From Takakia lepidozioides (taxonomy: Eukaryota > Plantae > Bryophyta), in the NCBI GenBank assembly GCA_030704615.1, contig CM060732.1, forward strand, positions 43,710,001-43,774,000: DNA of 64,000 nucleotides, given 5' to 3'. Each line of letters opens with the position of its first letter. Position 1 is the first letter of the stretch. The position numbers and the translations under genes were made by a program. Below, piece after piece: positions 1 through 12,271 of the stretch. The notes below the pieces were generated by a model. The model had not been told where the DNA came from and did not search any database. It worked only from the letters and a program-made list of their open reading frames with translations.

Positions 1-169
1 AAACAAATGAGGCTGGAGAGCAATCGCGGAGAGGAGCGCAACGGTCGTCTTGTCTCTCACGCAAAACTTTCAGGATTTTCATTGGCGACTTATCCCTGCC
101 CTCGATTCCACCCCGGCTCCCGATTATGCTCGCTTCAAGCTTTCTGTTCATACTTTTTGCCTATAGTTT

Positions 170-1979
170 CAATCACTACTTCTACTTCCCCCCTTCTTTT
201 TCATTCCAAGTCCTTCCCCATTCATCATCACATCCTTAACTAAAGCTCCACCTCGTACGATGAAGGTCAATGATTTCAGCCGCCAAGCAGCATTAATGGC
301 ATACAATGAGTCACCCCTCCTTCCCTAATTTCCCCCCTTCCTCCCCCCCTATTTTCCTCTTCACTTCCTAAACCCAAGTTTCCAAGTAAGCCATCGTTGC
401 CTTGGCTATAGAGGTTGCCATTAAAGTTTAATCAGAGTGTTTATTGTGGTTTAGTTCTCCAGGAGCTTAGTGAAGCTTAATCATGTCCCTCTAAGCGTCA
501 TTTGTGGCTGTGGTGAGTCTGTTTGTCGTCCCCTCCCACGGTGAGCTTTCCTCCCCGATATCCTCCAGCGCTGGTCTCCTCTAGCGGGTAATCTGGAATA
601 TTTGTGTTAGCTTAATCTCTCTGGGGTCTGAAGAAGCCTAAGTGACAGCTGCTAAGTGTCGGCAGCATTGGCGGGAACGGCTGCAGCGCAACAAGGCAAG
701 ATTGTGGTGGTGTTTGGCTCCCATTCTCTCCGCTCTCTACAACCGTAGCTACTTTTAGCTGGATAGTGGCTTCATTGTTTCAGTCATATCCCTAGACCCC
801 TTCTCCCAGTTTACATTGCTAAGTTCTCCATGGCTCCCCCTGCAAACGCTCAGCTCAAATTGAAAGGTATTCAGGAGATGACCGAGGCCCTGAGCATCCC
901 CCCAGCTGGGAAGACCCTAGCCTTCTTCAGGGACGGGCTTTTTTCTTGCTCACCAAGCTTAGTCCAAATTGAATGGAGGGTTAGACCATCCAAGAAGTAT
1001 TTCCCCTCCCTCCCCCCACCCCCCTCCCTTCCCTCTTCCACCCAACCTCCATCTGCCAAGGCTTGATTTTTTTCCCCCGGAAGTTCCCACCCATCCATTC
1101 AACCTGAGGAATGGTTGGACCTCTCTGAATCCTCCCAGGAAATTGTCAGCAAGGTTTACCCCACAATCAAAGTGGACCTCCAGAACACAGTCCAGGAGGT
1201 TAAATCTCTGCAGAAGCTCACCATTCTTGTACACTTTCCAGGAAGAAAAGTGGATAGGACCTTGTGAGGGACTGGGCGATCAGGAACCTCGGAGGTCCGG
1301 GTGAACTACTTCAGGAGTTCTGCCATGCAAAAGGCAAGGGATTCTACACCATAAAGTTTGAAACACCGGAAGCTGCTTCACATGCTTTATCCCTGAATCC
1401 TCACTCCAGGGGATTCAATGTTAACATCTTCTCATGGTCTTCTAAGATGGGACACAAAAATGGAAAGTTATAGGGCCCCAGAACAGTCTCGGTTCCATTT
1501 ATTCCTGATCAGTATTTGATCAATCTCCCAGACATTGTAAATCACTTTGGGCACTACCTCGGCTGCATAGATGTCTTCGATCCCCAGATGAGCATTGAAA
1601 AGCTTCGGAAGATTCCAGCTTGGAGTTTAGAGACCTTTGCTTCAAGATTCAACGACCATGGATGCGCTCGGTTTGTTCTCATCATGCCAAATGAGAAAGT
1701 TCTTCCGGACTATGTCAGACTCCCAATCGACGAGGAAGACAACTTCTTTACAGTCAGGCTCATTGAGACTCATCTTCGTCAGCCTGCTTTAGTTGCGGTA
1801 TGCTGGGACACATCAGATCTGATTGTCCAAACAACAAAAAGAAACGATCAGTCCCGAATCAACAGAGCAACAAGCACTAGCATTTACCACAAGATAGATC
1901 TCAGGTGGGGCACCTCACCACTAGTCCAAGGTACCAACTTTCGTTAGCACTCACTGTGCCTTCTCCAAGCAGCGGTAAC
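170..1979 (+). mobile_element. L1-clade non-LTR retrotransposon, 5' part (5' UTR + degenerate ORF1)
   Basis: ORF1 from ATG 830 with stops/frameshifts: DUF4283-like segment (AKGKGFYTIKFETPEAASHAL..NIFSWS) and a CCHC knuckle CFSCGMLGHIRSDCP at ~1786-1830. Cut at 1980 by an LTR. 5' boundary approximate. Confidence 0.75.
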
Positions 1980-3374
1980 TGTCACGGACATAGCCAGAGG
2001 AACTTACCATGAGTAAATACCAAAAATTACCAAATTATCATGTTACCAGAAGTTACCATGACTTATCATGATTCACCATGATTTACCATTAGTTACCAAG
2101 TTACCGATAGTTTACCAAATTACCAAAAGTAACTTGGGAAACTGCTCAGGAAGCTTCCTTTGGAGGAAACTTCTCCATCAAGATACCTCCTTTGTTTAAG
2201 GAAGCTCTCCATCAAGAAATTTTTGTTTAATCTTGGAAACTTCTCCATCAAGAAACCTCTATAAGGGAAGCTTCTTAGGGAACTTCTTAGTAGCCAGTAT
2301 ATATAGGAGGCAAGACTGGACACTCTTCAGTCTCGCCAACACAAGTTCAAGCTACTCTTGTTCCCAGTCCCAGTACTCCAGTCCAGCTTCCAATACTCTA
2401 GTCCAGTTTCCAGTATCTGGTACCCCAGTCCAGTTTCCAGCATTCCAATATTCGAGTCGAGTTCCAATATCTTGTACTCTTGTCCATTGTTATAAATATC
2501 GTCTTGATTAATGTTTACTCACCATGCATTCGACCACGCCGACCTTGACTTCTTGTCTAGTCTTGTACCTCTAGTCTGATGGGTATTTGCAGGATTGGGT
2601 GTCTCAGTTTTTGCGTAATATGGCAGTTTCTGCAGTGACCTCCATACATGGTTTTACCCATATTTGTTCAACAACTCAATATTTCATCTAAATTTATATG
2701 GTGTAGGGTTTCTAACTACAATAGGTATGTGTACCAATTGTTAGATTGCAAAAACAATCATGTACCAGAGAGCCATGGACTTTTAAAGTTGATTACTGTG
2801 GACTGCAGATGTTACACATAAAATCTTATGGACTGAAAAAACATCATGTACACTCATACAATGACACAAAGGAAAACACACTAGGGGTGCCATTTTAAAA
2901 TCCAACCCAAATTCACTTTTATGTCGACTAATTATCTTAGGAATTGAGAGTTATGGACTATTTTGTACCTAAAAACATGTTGATTTGCTCTAGTCCATGA
3001 CATCTTATGTTTTGGGTTTTTGAGGTGTCTTCTTTTACTGAAAAGGCATACAAACCTATAATCTGGAGGTGCTAGGTGGTATATGGACAAGTGGTTGTAA
3101 ATTCTAGATTTTGATGTCTAAATGTTTTCTTAAATTATAGATTAAAATATCTAGTAAAGATTATTTTCAATCTTGGAGGAGGGATTCTTTACTAAAAATG
3201 TTATATATACTACTATCTATTTTTTTTTAAATAAACTGAAAGTAATATATTCAAAAATAAATAAATAAAATCCATGGACTTTCAATGGACTCAACATGTG
3301 CCGCTTTTGATCCACCCAATCCTGCAACTGCCCTGATTTCTTGTTTGTGTTCAGTCATGTTCTCGTCCTTGACA
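1980..3374 (+). mobile_element. 5' LTR of Ty3/Gypsy element (contains a MITE insertion)
   Basis: Starts TGTCACGGAC (1980) and ends GTCCTTGACA (3374), a 9/10 inverted repeat with TG..CA termini. TATA box at 2298-2305. gag ATG follows at ~3413. Confidence 0.85.
2581..3333. mobile_element. Non-autonomous TIR DNA transposon (MITE) inserted in the LTR
   Basis: TIRs GGGTATTTGCAGGATTGGGT / ACCCAATCCTGCAACTGCCC, flanked by TGAT on both sides. AT-rich, no ORF. Second partial copy at ~33945-34577. Confidence 0.8.
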
Positions 3375-3412
3375 GTTTGACGAGACTAAAGTTTGTTCCT
3401 TAGTTAGTTAAG

Positions 3413-5870
3413 ATGGAAGGCACATTTGCGGAAATGGTCGTCATATTGCAAAGTCTTCAACTCCAGATGCAAGAACTTCATACCTCTACCGCCCAATTGC
3501 AAGCTGATTAGTCTCAAGATCTTGACAACGTTCTCCACAATTTGCAATAATAAATTTCAAAATTAAAGGAGTCGAACAATGGATCTTCAACCATACGAGT
3601 CTCTACTGCAACAGCTCTTACTGTAACGGTTCCTCTTCAACCGATTACGAACGAACCAAAGATCAGCATGCCCGGAAAATTTGATGGGGCGAGATCAAGA
3701 TTTCACAGTTTTGTTCAACAAGTACGACTGTTTCTACGACTACATCCACAACGCTACCCCGATGAAGGTATTCAAGTGGGATTCGTGGACACCCTTCTAT
3801 CAGGTACTACCCTATTTTGGTTTGCACCGCTATTAGAAAAAAATTCGCATTTACTAAAGAATTTTGAAGAATTCATGTCCAAGTTCACTGCAACGTTTAG
3901 AGAGAATGATAAAGAGAGAGAGTTGTAGAGACAAAGCTGCGAAATCTTCGACAAGGAGCACATCTTGCTTCCGTCTATGCTGTCGAATTTCGACCACTTG
4001 CGTGCGACCTCGACTGGAATGAGAAAAGCCTCATTAGTCAGTTTCGATGTGGGTTAAAAGATGATTTCAAAGATTTGTTGTTGACAATGCCAAACGTGAG
4101 CACACTGAGTGAATTCATCACTCAAGTCATTGCATGCGATAATCATTTGTTCGAAAGACGTAAATAGAAGCGATCTGGATAGTCGACAACGCATCCTGTC
4201 GTTGTTACTACGGCACTAAATACGACGATCTATCAGACATCCGGTAGTGAACCTATGCAGATTGATGTTGTCCGATTCAAGCCATTGACGTCACAAGAAA
4301 AATAAAGATGGCTCTCGAATAGATTATGCCTCTATTGTGGAAAAGAAGATCATATAGCATTAAATTGCCCCAACAAAAGAAGACTCAAAGCTCGGGGCGC
4401 AACTCAAATGTTCGATACGAGGAGGTTGGAAAACAAAGATGTCCAGTTACAGTAGGGACCATGCGGCTAGACACCACAAATTCCTCACTGAAAAAATGTC
4501 TATTTCTACCTCCAGACCCTGCACCTTGCTTCACAGTTTCGGTAAAAATCAGAGTGCAAAATCGAGATATCTCTGTAAAAGCACTTATAGACTCAGGGGC
4601 TTCAGCTTGTTTTATGGACAAAAACTTTGAAGCGACACAATTTAACGGTCATAAAGAATAAACTTTCGGCCCTCATTGAAGTCATCGATGGATGACCGTT
4701 AGCATCAGGAAATGTGGACCATGAAACTCGACCACTTGAAGTAAAGCTTAAAGGTCAAGCATCACATATTGTTTTCAACGTCATCCAGTCTCCAACAAAT
4801 CCTGTGATCCTTGGACTTCCTTGGTTCGTACTTCACAATCCTGACATCGACTGGCGATCGCGAAAAATTTCTGCAAGACAAAAATGTAGAAATATCAAAG
4901 GTACTCAACCCTTGTTCCTTGGAGCTAGAGCTTTCATGAGAACTACAAAAAATGATGCGGCATTTGCACTTTATGCGACTCCGATCAAGATCACAACAGA
5001 CAAAGGTACTTCAACATTACCCGCTCAATATCAAGATTTCAAAGATGTCTTCGAGAAGAAAAATGCAGACATATTGTCAAAACATCGACCTTATGACTGT
5101 GCAATTGAGTTACGAGAAGAAACCCAACCACCATTTGGCCCAATCTATAACTTATCCCAGACGGAGTTGGCTGTATTACGTGAATACATTGATGAAAATT
5201 TGTCAAATCACTTCATCCGACATTCAAAATCACCTGCGGTGGCGCCTATCTTGTATGTGAAAAAGAAGGACAGATCATTAGGCATGTGTGTAGACTATCG
5301 CGGTCTCAACAAAATCACAATTAAGAATCGTTATCCGTTGCCGCTGATGTCTAGGCTTCTCGACCAGTTGGGAGGAGCGAAGATTTTCACCAAAATTGAC
5401 TTGAGATGAGCTTATAACCTTGTACGGATAAAAGAAGGAGACGAATGAAAAACAACTTTTCGAACAAGATATGGACATTTTGAATACAGGGTTATGCCTT
5501 TCGGTCTTATAAATGCTTCAACAATTTTCCAACATATGATGAATGACATCTTTCAAGAATTTTTAGATGACTTTGTAGTCATCTATTTGGACAACATTTT
5601 AATATTTTCACAGAATGAAGAAGAACATGGCCGCCATGTACGCCTTGTCCTTGATAAATTAAGAGAAAGAGAACTATATGCCAAGTTGGAAAAATGTCTT
5701 TTCCATCAATCTGAGGTCGAATTTTTGGGCTACATTATTTCCGACAAAGACGTCTTTATGGATCAGAAAAAAAATACAAACTATCATCGAGTGGATTAAA
5801 TCAACTTTGGTCCGAGATGTATAATGTTTTCTGGGATTTGCAAATTTCTATAGAATCTTCATCAAGGACT
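3413..5870 (+). pseudogene. Degenerate gag-pol of a Tcn1/sushi-like chromoviral Gypsy retrotransposon, truncated at the RT/RNase H boundary
   Basis: Gag PKISMPGKFDG..FVQQVRLFLRLHPQRY, EPMQID, CLYCGKEDHIALNC; protease VKALIDSGAS; [59 protein letters not shown]. Many stops. No integrase or 3' LTR in the window. Confidence 0.92.
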
Positions 5871-5871
5871 A

Positions 5872-8300
5872 CCCGAGGCCCATCTAAGCCCAAGTGCAAT
5901 ATTCTATCCATGTATCCAAGTGCATCTCCCATATAGAGGCCCAAGAGTCTAGTGTTATCTAAGCCCAAGTGGAATCCCCTACATATCCAAGTACGTCTCA
6001 CATGTCAAGGTCCCATTTTCTTTTTCCATGAATTTATTGAGTAGTAATATATCCAATCATTATTGATATGTCTCCCGTCTCTAGGGTAGCCTATGTCGTT
6101 TCCTAAGTGTCCACTGTCATCTAAGTCCAATTGTAAGATTTTCTATGTATCCCACTGCGTCTCCTATGTCAAGGCCCAAGCGCGACCTCTAGGGTAGCTT
6201 GTGCCGTTGGCCCAAGTGTCCAGTGTCATCTAAGCCCAAGTGCAAGATTTTCTATGTATCCCAGTGCGTCTCCTATGTCGAGGCCCAAGTGTGACCTCTA
6301 GTGTAGCCTATGTCATTTGGCCCATATGTGAAGAATTGAATTCTAAGACCAAGTGTAATTTCATATGTATCCAAGTGTGTCTCCTATGTGGAGGCCCATC
6401 TAAGCCCAAGTGCAATCTTCTATTCATGTATCCAAGTGCATCTCCACGTAGAGCCCCATTTGTCCATTGTCATCTAAGCCCAAGTGCAATCTTCTATTCA
6501 TGTATCCAAGTGCAGAGCCCCATTTGTCCACTGTCATCTAAGCCCAAGTGCAATCCCCTATGTCTAGTGCAATTTCCTATGTATCCAAGTAAGTCTCCTA
6601 TGTCGAGGCCCAAGTGCGACCTCTAGTGTAGCCTGTGCCGTTGGCTCATGTGTGAAGAATTGAAATCTAAGCCCAAGTGCAATCTTCTATTGATGTATCC
6701 AAGTGCATCTCCCATATATAGGCCCAAGTGTCTAGTGTCATCTGAGTCCAAGTGCAATCCCACATCTAATCATTTTTTTTTCCAGACAGCAAGCCATATC
6801 TAATCCAAGTGCATCAATATATGAAGCAAGCCATATCTAATCAAGTTTTTCCACAGAACCAACGACCAAATTTGAACCGGAGACCTCTCCCTTGATATCT
6901 CTCCTGTCGAGGCTCCAACCATTGTCCCACTTTGCCGTTTTTGCTATTTTTTTGTGAATTTCCAACGACCAAAAGTACTTGAAATGCCACATCTCCCACA
7001 CCGCAGGTCCAAAAACCGTGAGACCAAGCCGGTGCACCCCTCCTCCTCGAGGGCTTTCCAACGGTACCAAGCACCAAGCACCAAGGTTGGGGCCTCGCGG
7101 TTTGGGACATCTCAACGCTACAAAACAAAACAAAACAAAACAAACAAACGTCTTGCTTCATATATTGACTAGGGTAGCCTGTGCCATTGGCCCAAGTGTC
7201 TAGGGTCATCTAAGCCCATGTGCAATGTTCTATGTATCCAAATGCATATCCTATGTCGAGGCCCAAGTCGACCTCTACGGTAGCTTGTGCCGCTGGCCGA
7301 TGTGTGAATAATTGAAATCAAAGACCAAGTGCAATTTCCTATGTATCCTAGTGCGTCTCCTTTGTCGAGGCCCATCTAAGCCCAAGTGTAATCTTTTATG
7401 TATCCAAGTGCATCTCGAGTGTAGAGGCTCAAGTGTCCACTATCATTTAAACCCAAGTGCAATCTCCTATGTATCCAATGACATCTCCCATGTGCGTCTC
7501 ATATGTCGAGGCCCATCTAAGCCAAGTGTGCAGTCTTTTATGTATCCAAGTGTATCTCCCATGTAGATGCCAAAGTGTCCACTGTCATTTAAGACCAAGT
7601 GCAATTTCTTATGTATCCCAATGCATCTCTTATGTTGAGGCCCAAGTGCAACCTCTAGTGTAGCCTATGTAGTTGGCCCATGTGTGAAAAATTGAAATCT
7701 AAGCCCAAGTTCAATCTTCTATTCATGTATCCAAATGCATCTCCCATGTAGAGGCCCAAGTGTGACCTCTAGCGTCCACTGCAATCCCCAATGTATCCAA
7801 AGACCTACAGTTTGGGAGATCTCTATGTCATTGCCCACTTTGCTATTTTTGCAATCTCCCCTGTTGAGGCAAGTTCATAAATTGATATATCCACTTTGTT
7901 ATTTTTTTGCGGATTTCCAGCGACCAAAAATATTTGAAATTCCAAATCTCCCACATGAAGGGCCAATCATTGCTCCAGGAAAGCCCACTTTGCTATTTTT
8001 CTTGAATTTCCAACGATCCAAAGCACTTGGAATTCCAGATCTCCCACAAAGCTCGTCCAAAAATCATGATACCAAGCCGGTGCACCCCTCCTCATCGAGG
8101 GCTTTCCAACGGCACCAAGCACCCGCGCTGGCCCAGTGGTTTGGGAGATCTCAACGACGCTATAAAACAAAACAAAACAAATGTCTCGCTTCATATATTC
8201 ATGTCCAATTCATTATGGATTTGAATGGAATACATATCCATCTTTTTTTTTCTTTGTTTCTTTTTTTCTTGATCATCAAGAAAATTATTGAATGTCCCGT
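5872..8300 (-). repeat. Complex tandem repeat derived from non-autonomous Helitron termini
   Basis: Reiterated CATCTAAGCCCAAGTGCAAT..TATGTATCCAAGTG units. Repeated (minus-strand) hairpin+CTAG ends at ~6081, 6189, 6298, 6623, 7169, 7655. Two copies of a ~350-bp block (6830-7168, ~7800-8200). Confidence 0.7.
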
Positions 8301-8329
8301 TGGTAATTCAGTCTCTGAAAAATGCCTGG

Positions 8330-11300
8330 CGAACTGCTTCCCTCCCCTATTCCTCACCGACACTGATCTACCTATCTAAGCTCAAACTAGTCAGGAAGTG
8401 TTGTCAGGAAATATCCAAGGAGCAGGCTGAGGAGAGATCCATAAAACAAAAAGCTCTCACCAAATGTTTGCGAGTGTATCAGTATCAACTTCAGGCAGGC
8501 CGTGAAGGGCCTCAGACGCTGATCTCCTACAACACAACTAAAAGAAACTTGTCGCTGCTACTACATGCCAAAGAAAGCTTCATCAGAATCAAAGCAGGTG
8601 TAATTGGTCGCTGAAAGGCGAAAAGATGAACAAGTACTTCTTCGCCAAAGCTGCGCAAAGGAGAGCTGCCACTGCAGTGCCTGCACTGAAAGACCCGGAT
8701 ACAGGACTGCCAACAGACAACCCTAGGAATACGGCAACGTTGGCAGCAAGGTTCTTTGGGCAGCTATTTCAATGCTAGCCCCCCTCGGCCTCCAGAGATC
8801 AGGCGAGAGCTTTACTCATTCAAAGGATCCCAGAGGCTCTTGGCGACACGGACAGGAACACACTCGCAGCCCCATTTACAGAGAGAGAATTGGGAGAGGC
8901 GGTGGAAAGCATGGCTTCAAACAAATCACCTGGGCTGGACGGTCTGCCAATTGAGTTCTTGAAGGCCATGTGGGGAACAATAAGTGATGAATTCCTGCTA
9001 ATGGCCAGTGACATCTTCGTTAAAAAGGTGATGCCATCCCAGATCTCGGAAGGGCTCATTACTCTGATTTTCAAGAAAGGAGACAGGGATACCATGGCCA
9101 ACTACCGCCCCATTACGCTTCTCAACTCCACCTACAAGATAATTGCAAAGGCTTTGGCTTTGAGGTTACAACCACTGCTGCCATCCATCATCGGGAAGGA
9201 CCAAACAGGGTTCCTAAAAAGATCGCATGATCCTTGACAATATCTTGCTGGCCCACGAAGCCTTGCACAAAGTCATTCTCAATCATCAGCCCCTTGCCTT
9301 CCTCATGCTGGACTTCGAGAAGGCCTTTGACTCCATTGATTGGCAATTCTTATTACAGGCAATGGAAAAGACGGGGCTGCTAGGCTTCTTCGTGGACTGG
9401 GTTCGTATCCTGCTCCATTCTGCCTCTAGTAGAGTAATGGTGAATGGGGTTATCTCACAATCTTTTGCCATTACCAGATCTGTCAGGCAAGGCTGCCCAC
9501 TAGTCCTTTTCTTTTCCTCATAGCGGCCGACTCTCTGGGGCATCTCCTGGACTTCAGACAAGACATTGTGGGGCTGCATCTACCAACATATCAGGAAGAA
9601 ATGTTGAAAACTTCCATGTACGCAGATGACACCAGCTTACTACTGGACAATTCTTGCAAAGGGAATATAGACCGTGCCCTACAAGCTCTACAGACTTTTT
9701 GCCTAGCCTCAGGCCTCAAGGTGAATTGGAGGAAATATGTTGGTATCCTGTCTATTCTGCAAACTGGCTCCCATGCATCTCATTGTCAGGCATGGGGTGA
9801 GGAGATAGGCCTTAGATGGCTACAACAGGGAGAATCACACACACTCTTGGGCCACCAGATAGGTCTGAACTTTCCCCAGCAGAGCTATATGAAGGGGGTC
9901 ATCAACAAGTTAAAAAAAAAACTGGCTTTTTGGTGCTCCGCTATGCTATCCTTGGTTGGAAAGGGCACTGGTGGTTAACTAGGTGCTGGAAGGAGGAATC
10001 TGGTTCTATGCTGCTGTGTGGGATCCAGGGACAAACCTTGTCAAAGAAATAAAAGGCCTGGTGCGTAACTTCCTGTGGGGAGCCTCATCTGCAACTACAT
10101 TTAAGCGAGCCCTGGTCTCATGGGAACAACTGTGTCAAAAGAAGAATAGAGGAGGATTGGGCATTATAGATCCAGGTTCACAAATAAAAGCCTTATTGGC
10201 AAAATGGGTTCCTAGAGCTATTAAGCACAGACACACTCCCTGGAGTAAACTAATTCAGCCTTATCTTATGGGAGCAATCCCATCCTCTTCTCCCCTGTGG
10301 GCTCTTTCCTTGAGATGGGTGGTTCAAGGGAAAAACAAGGGTACCTCACTGGGGTCCAGACCTTGGCAGTCGATCTGGAAAGCATGGCAGTCAATGCGAG
10401 GCTCTCTGACCCAGCGTATGCCAGCAAACACCCCAGAGTGCCTAAGGCAACCACTTTTTGCCAACTTCAACATGGACTCATCGGAGCTGTTAAGGCAAAA
10501 TGCAAAATGGGCTTTCTGGGAGGGGCAGGGGTTCACACACATGGCAAGTATCCGCGACCAGGGCCAGTTCCTACAGAGAGCTGAAATCTCAAGTTGTATG
10601 GGTGGGAGAAGAGCCAAGGCCTGGGATACCATATTCCAGAACATCCCCCAGTACATGCTTCCCTTGCTTGTGGATGACGAACTCGGCTGGAAAACCGGTG
10701 TGGATGGCCTCCCACCAAACGAACCAGCCCACTGCCATCTTGGTGCTTTCTATAGAACAAGACATGGCTTCGGGAATTGGTTTCGAGGCTGCGGCAGATG
10801 GTTCCCTGGCTTTTATAGGAACAATGGAGCATGGCATGAAATTTCTATATCACATTAGAGTGTTGGATGGTAATGGCAATGCCAACCCAATGCCAAATCA
10901 GGGGCAGGAGCTAGAATGGGCTCGAGCCATATCTCTGACCTGGTTCCTACAGGCACCACTGACGGATTTACAGTTTGATCCAGGGGAGTGGAGCTGGATG
11001 GATGCAAAGCACTCCCCTTTTTTCGGATACACTGTTAAGATCGGATACAGACTTCTTAGGCCACACTGCTCGTTCATCAGAAAATGGAGCAGGAAATGGA
11101 GCACTTACAATCTCACCCAACGTCAATGGGACAAGATATGGAAGGATATATGGAGGAAAGATAGGGTAGCAAAGGTCTCTGCATTTTTGTGGAAACTGGC
11201 TCACAAGATTCTACCAGTCAGACAGGCAACCCATGAAGACATGCCAAACTGCACGTTGTGTCTAACACAGCCAGAATCCATAGAGCACTGCCTAATCTCT

Positions 11301-12153
11301 TGTTCGTTATCCAGCAGGGTTTGGAGAGCAGTTCTGGCTTTCTATTCTCACTGGTCCTCCTTCCCTACCCCCCCTCCACCCACCTTGCTGCTGCTAAATT
11401 GCTTACCTGGCCAACCTCACTGTACTTGCCCAGTTTGGGCTACTTTGAGAGCACACACTCTGTGGAACTTGTGGAAGGCAAGGTGCACTTGGGTATATGA
11501 GGGTAAACCCCCTAGAGGCAGATCAATTTTGTTTTGTACTTACTTTGATCTGTTGACTGAGGGGAGGAAAGCCTGGGGGGTGGTCTGTGCAGCTCTTCCC
11601 ATAACTTCAGAATGCCGGGGTAGGACATTGCTCCAAGGTTTCCATGACTCCTGGGGCAAAGCGTGCCTGCTCGGAACCAGCCTTCCCAACCTTCAATTTC
11701 ACTGGAAAGACACCCTCCCCCCTCAATGGGAGGTCCCCTGGTAAGGGGGAGGATGTGGAATTCAACTGGCGTCACAAGAGAGCAAGAGATTCAAAGCTGA
11801 AAACCCAGTTGAAATTCTAGTACCTACTGACTCCTTGAGAATGATTCGTTCAGCCTCTTTTTGCTCCAGCTCCGGCACAGGAGGCCTGCTCTCTCTCTAC
11901 ATTTGTCATCTGAAATGTACACATCTGTCTACATTTCTTCTCTATCACCGCTACCTTCGCCCCTGCTTGCTTAGTCGCTCCATCTTTCTCTACTGCATAG
12001 CTAGCTGGTTTGCTAGAGTCACGGGGAAGTTTCCCCCTCAATAAGCCTTCACGGCCCAGTAGTGGTTATGTTTTCCACTGTTCTGACCTTTATTTATTAA
12101 TTTGACTAAAAGGGTCTCCGTCCCCTTTGTCTATTAAATAAAATAAAATAAAA
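8330..12153 (+). mobile_element. L1-clade LINE, 3' part: degenerate ORF2 (RT + C-terminal zinc finger), 3' UTR and (AAAAT)n tail
   Basis: GEKMNKYFF, KSPGLDGLPIEF, NYRPITLLNSTYKIIAK, DFEKAFDSIDW, SVRQGCPL, YADDT, GGLGI, FLWKLAH, CTLC..ESIEHCLISC, LWNLWKAR. Stop at 11744; tail 12136-12153. APE domain missing. Confidence 0.93.
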
Positions 12154-12271
12154 ATATTTTTGTTACATCTTGGAATGTTTTGGAGATATTTAAAGAGTCA
12201 ACTTTGAGTCCCGATCAAAGGCTGCTATTTACATCCATCTTTTTGGTCAGGCCTGCGCACCGTTTCTGAAG

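Noticed and set aside
5872-7800. CRISPR-like repeat-spacer array
   Set aside because: The spacers are themselves repetitive, there are no cas genes, and the context is eukaryotic; better explained as a Helitron-derived satellite.
6240-8379. ORFs of 128 and 214 aa as genes
   Set aside because: Translations of tandem repeat and Helitron sequence with no domain motifs.
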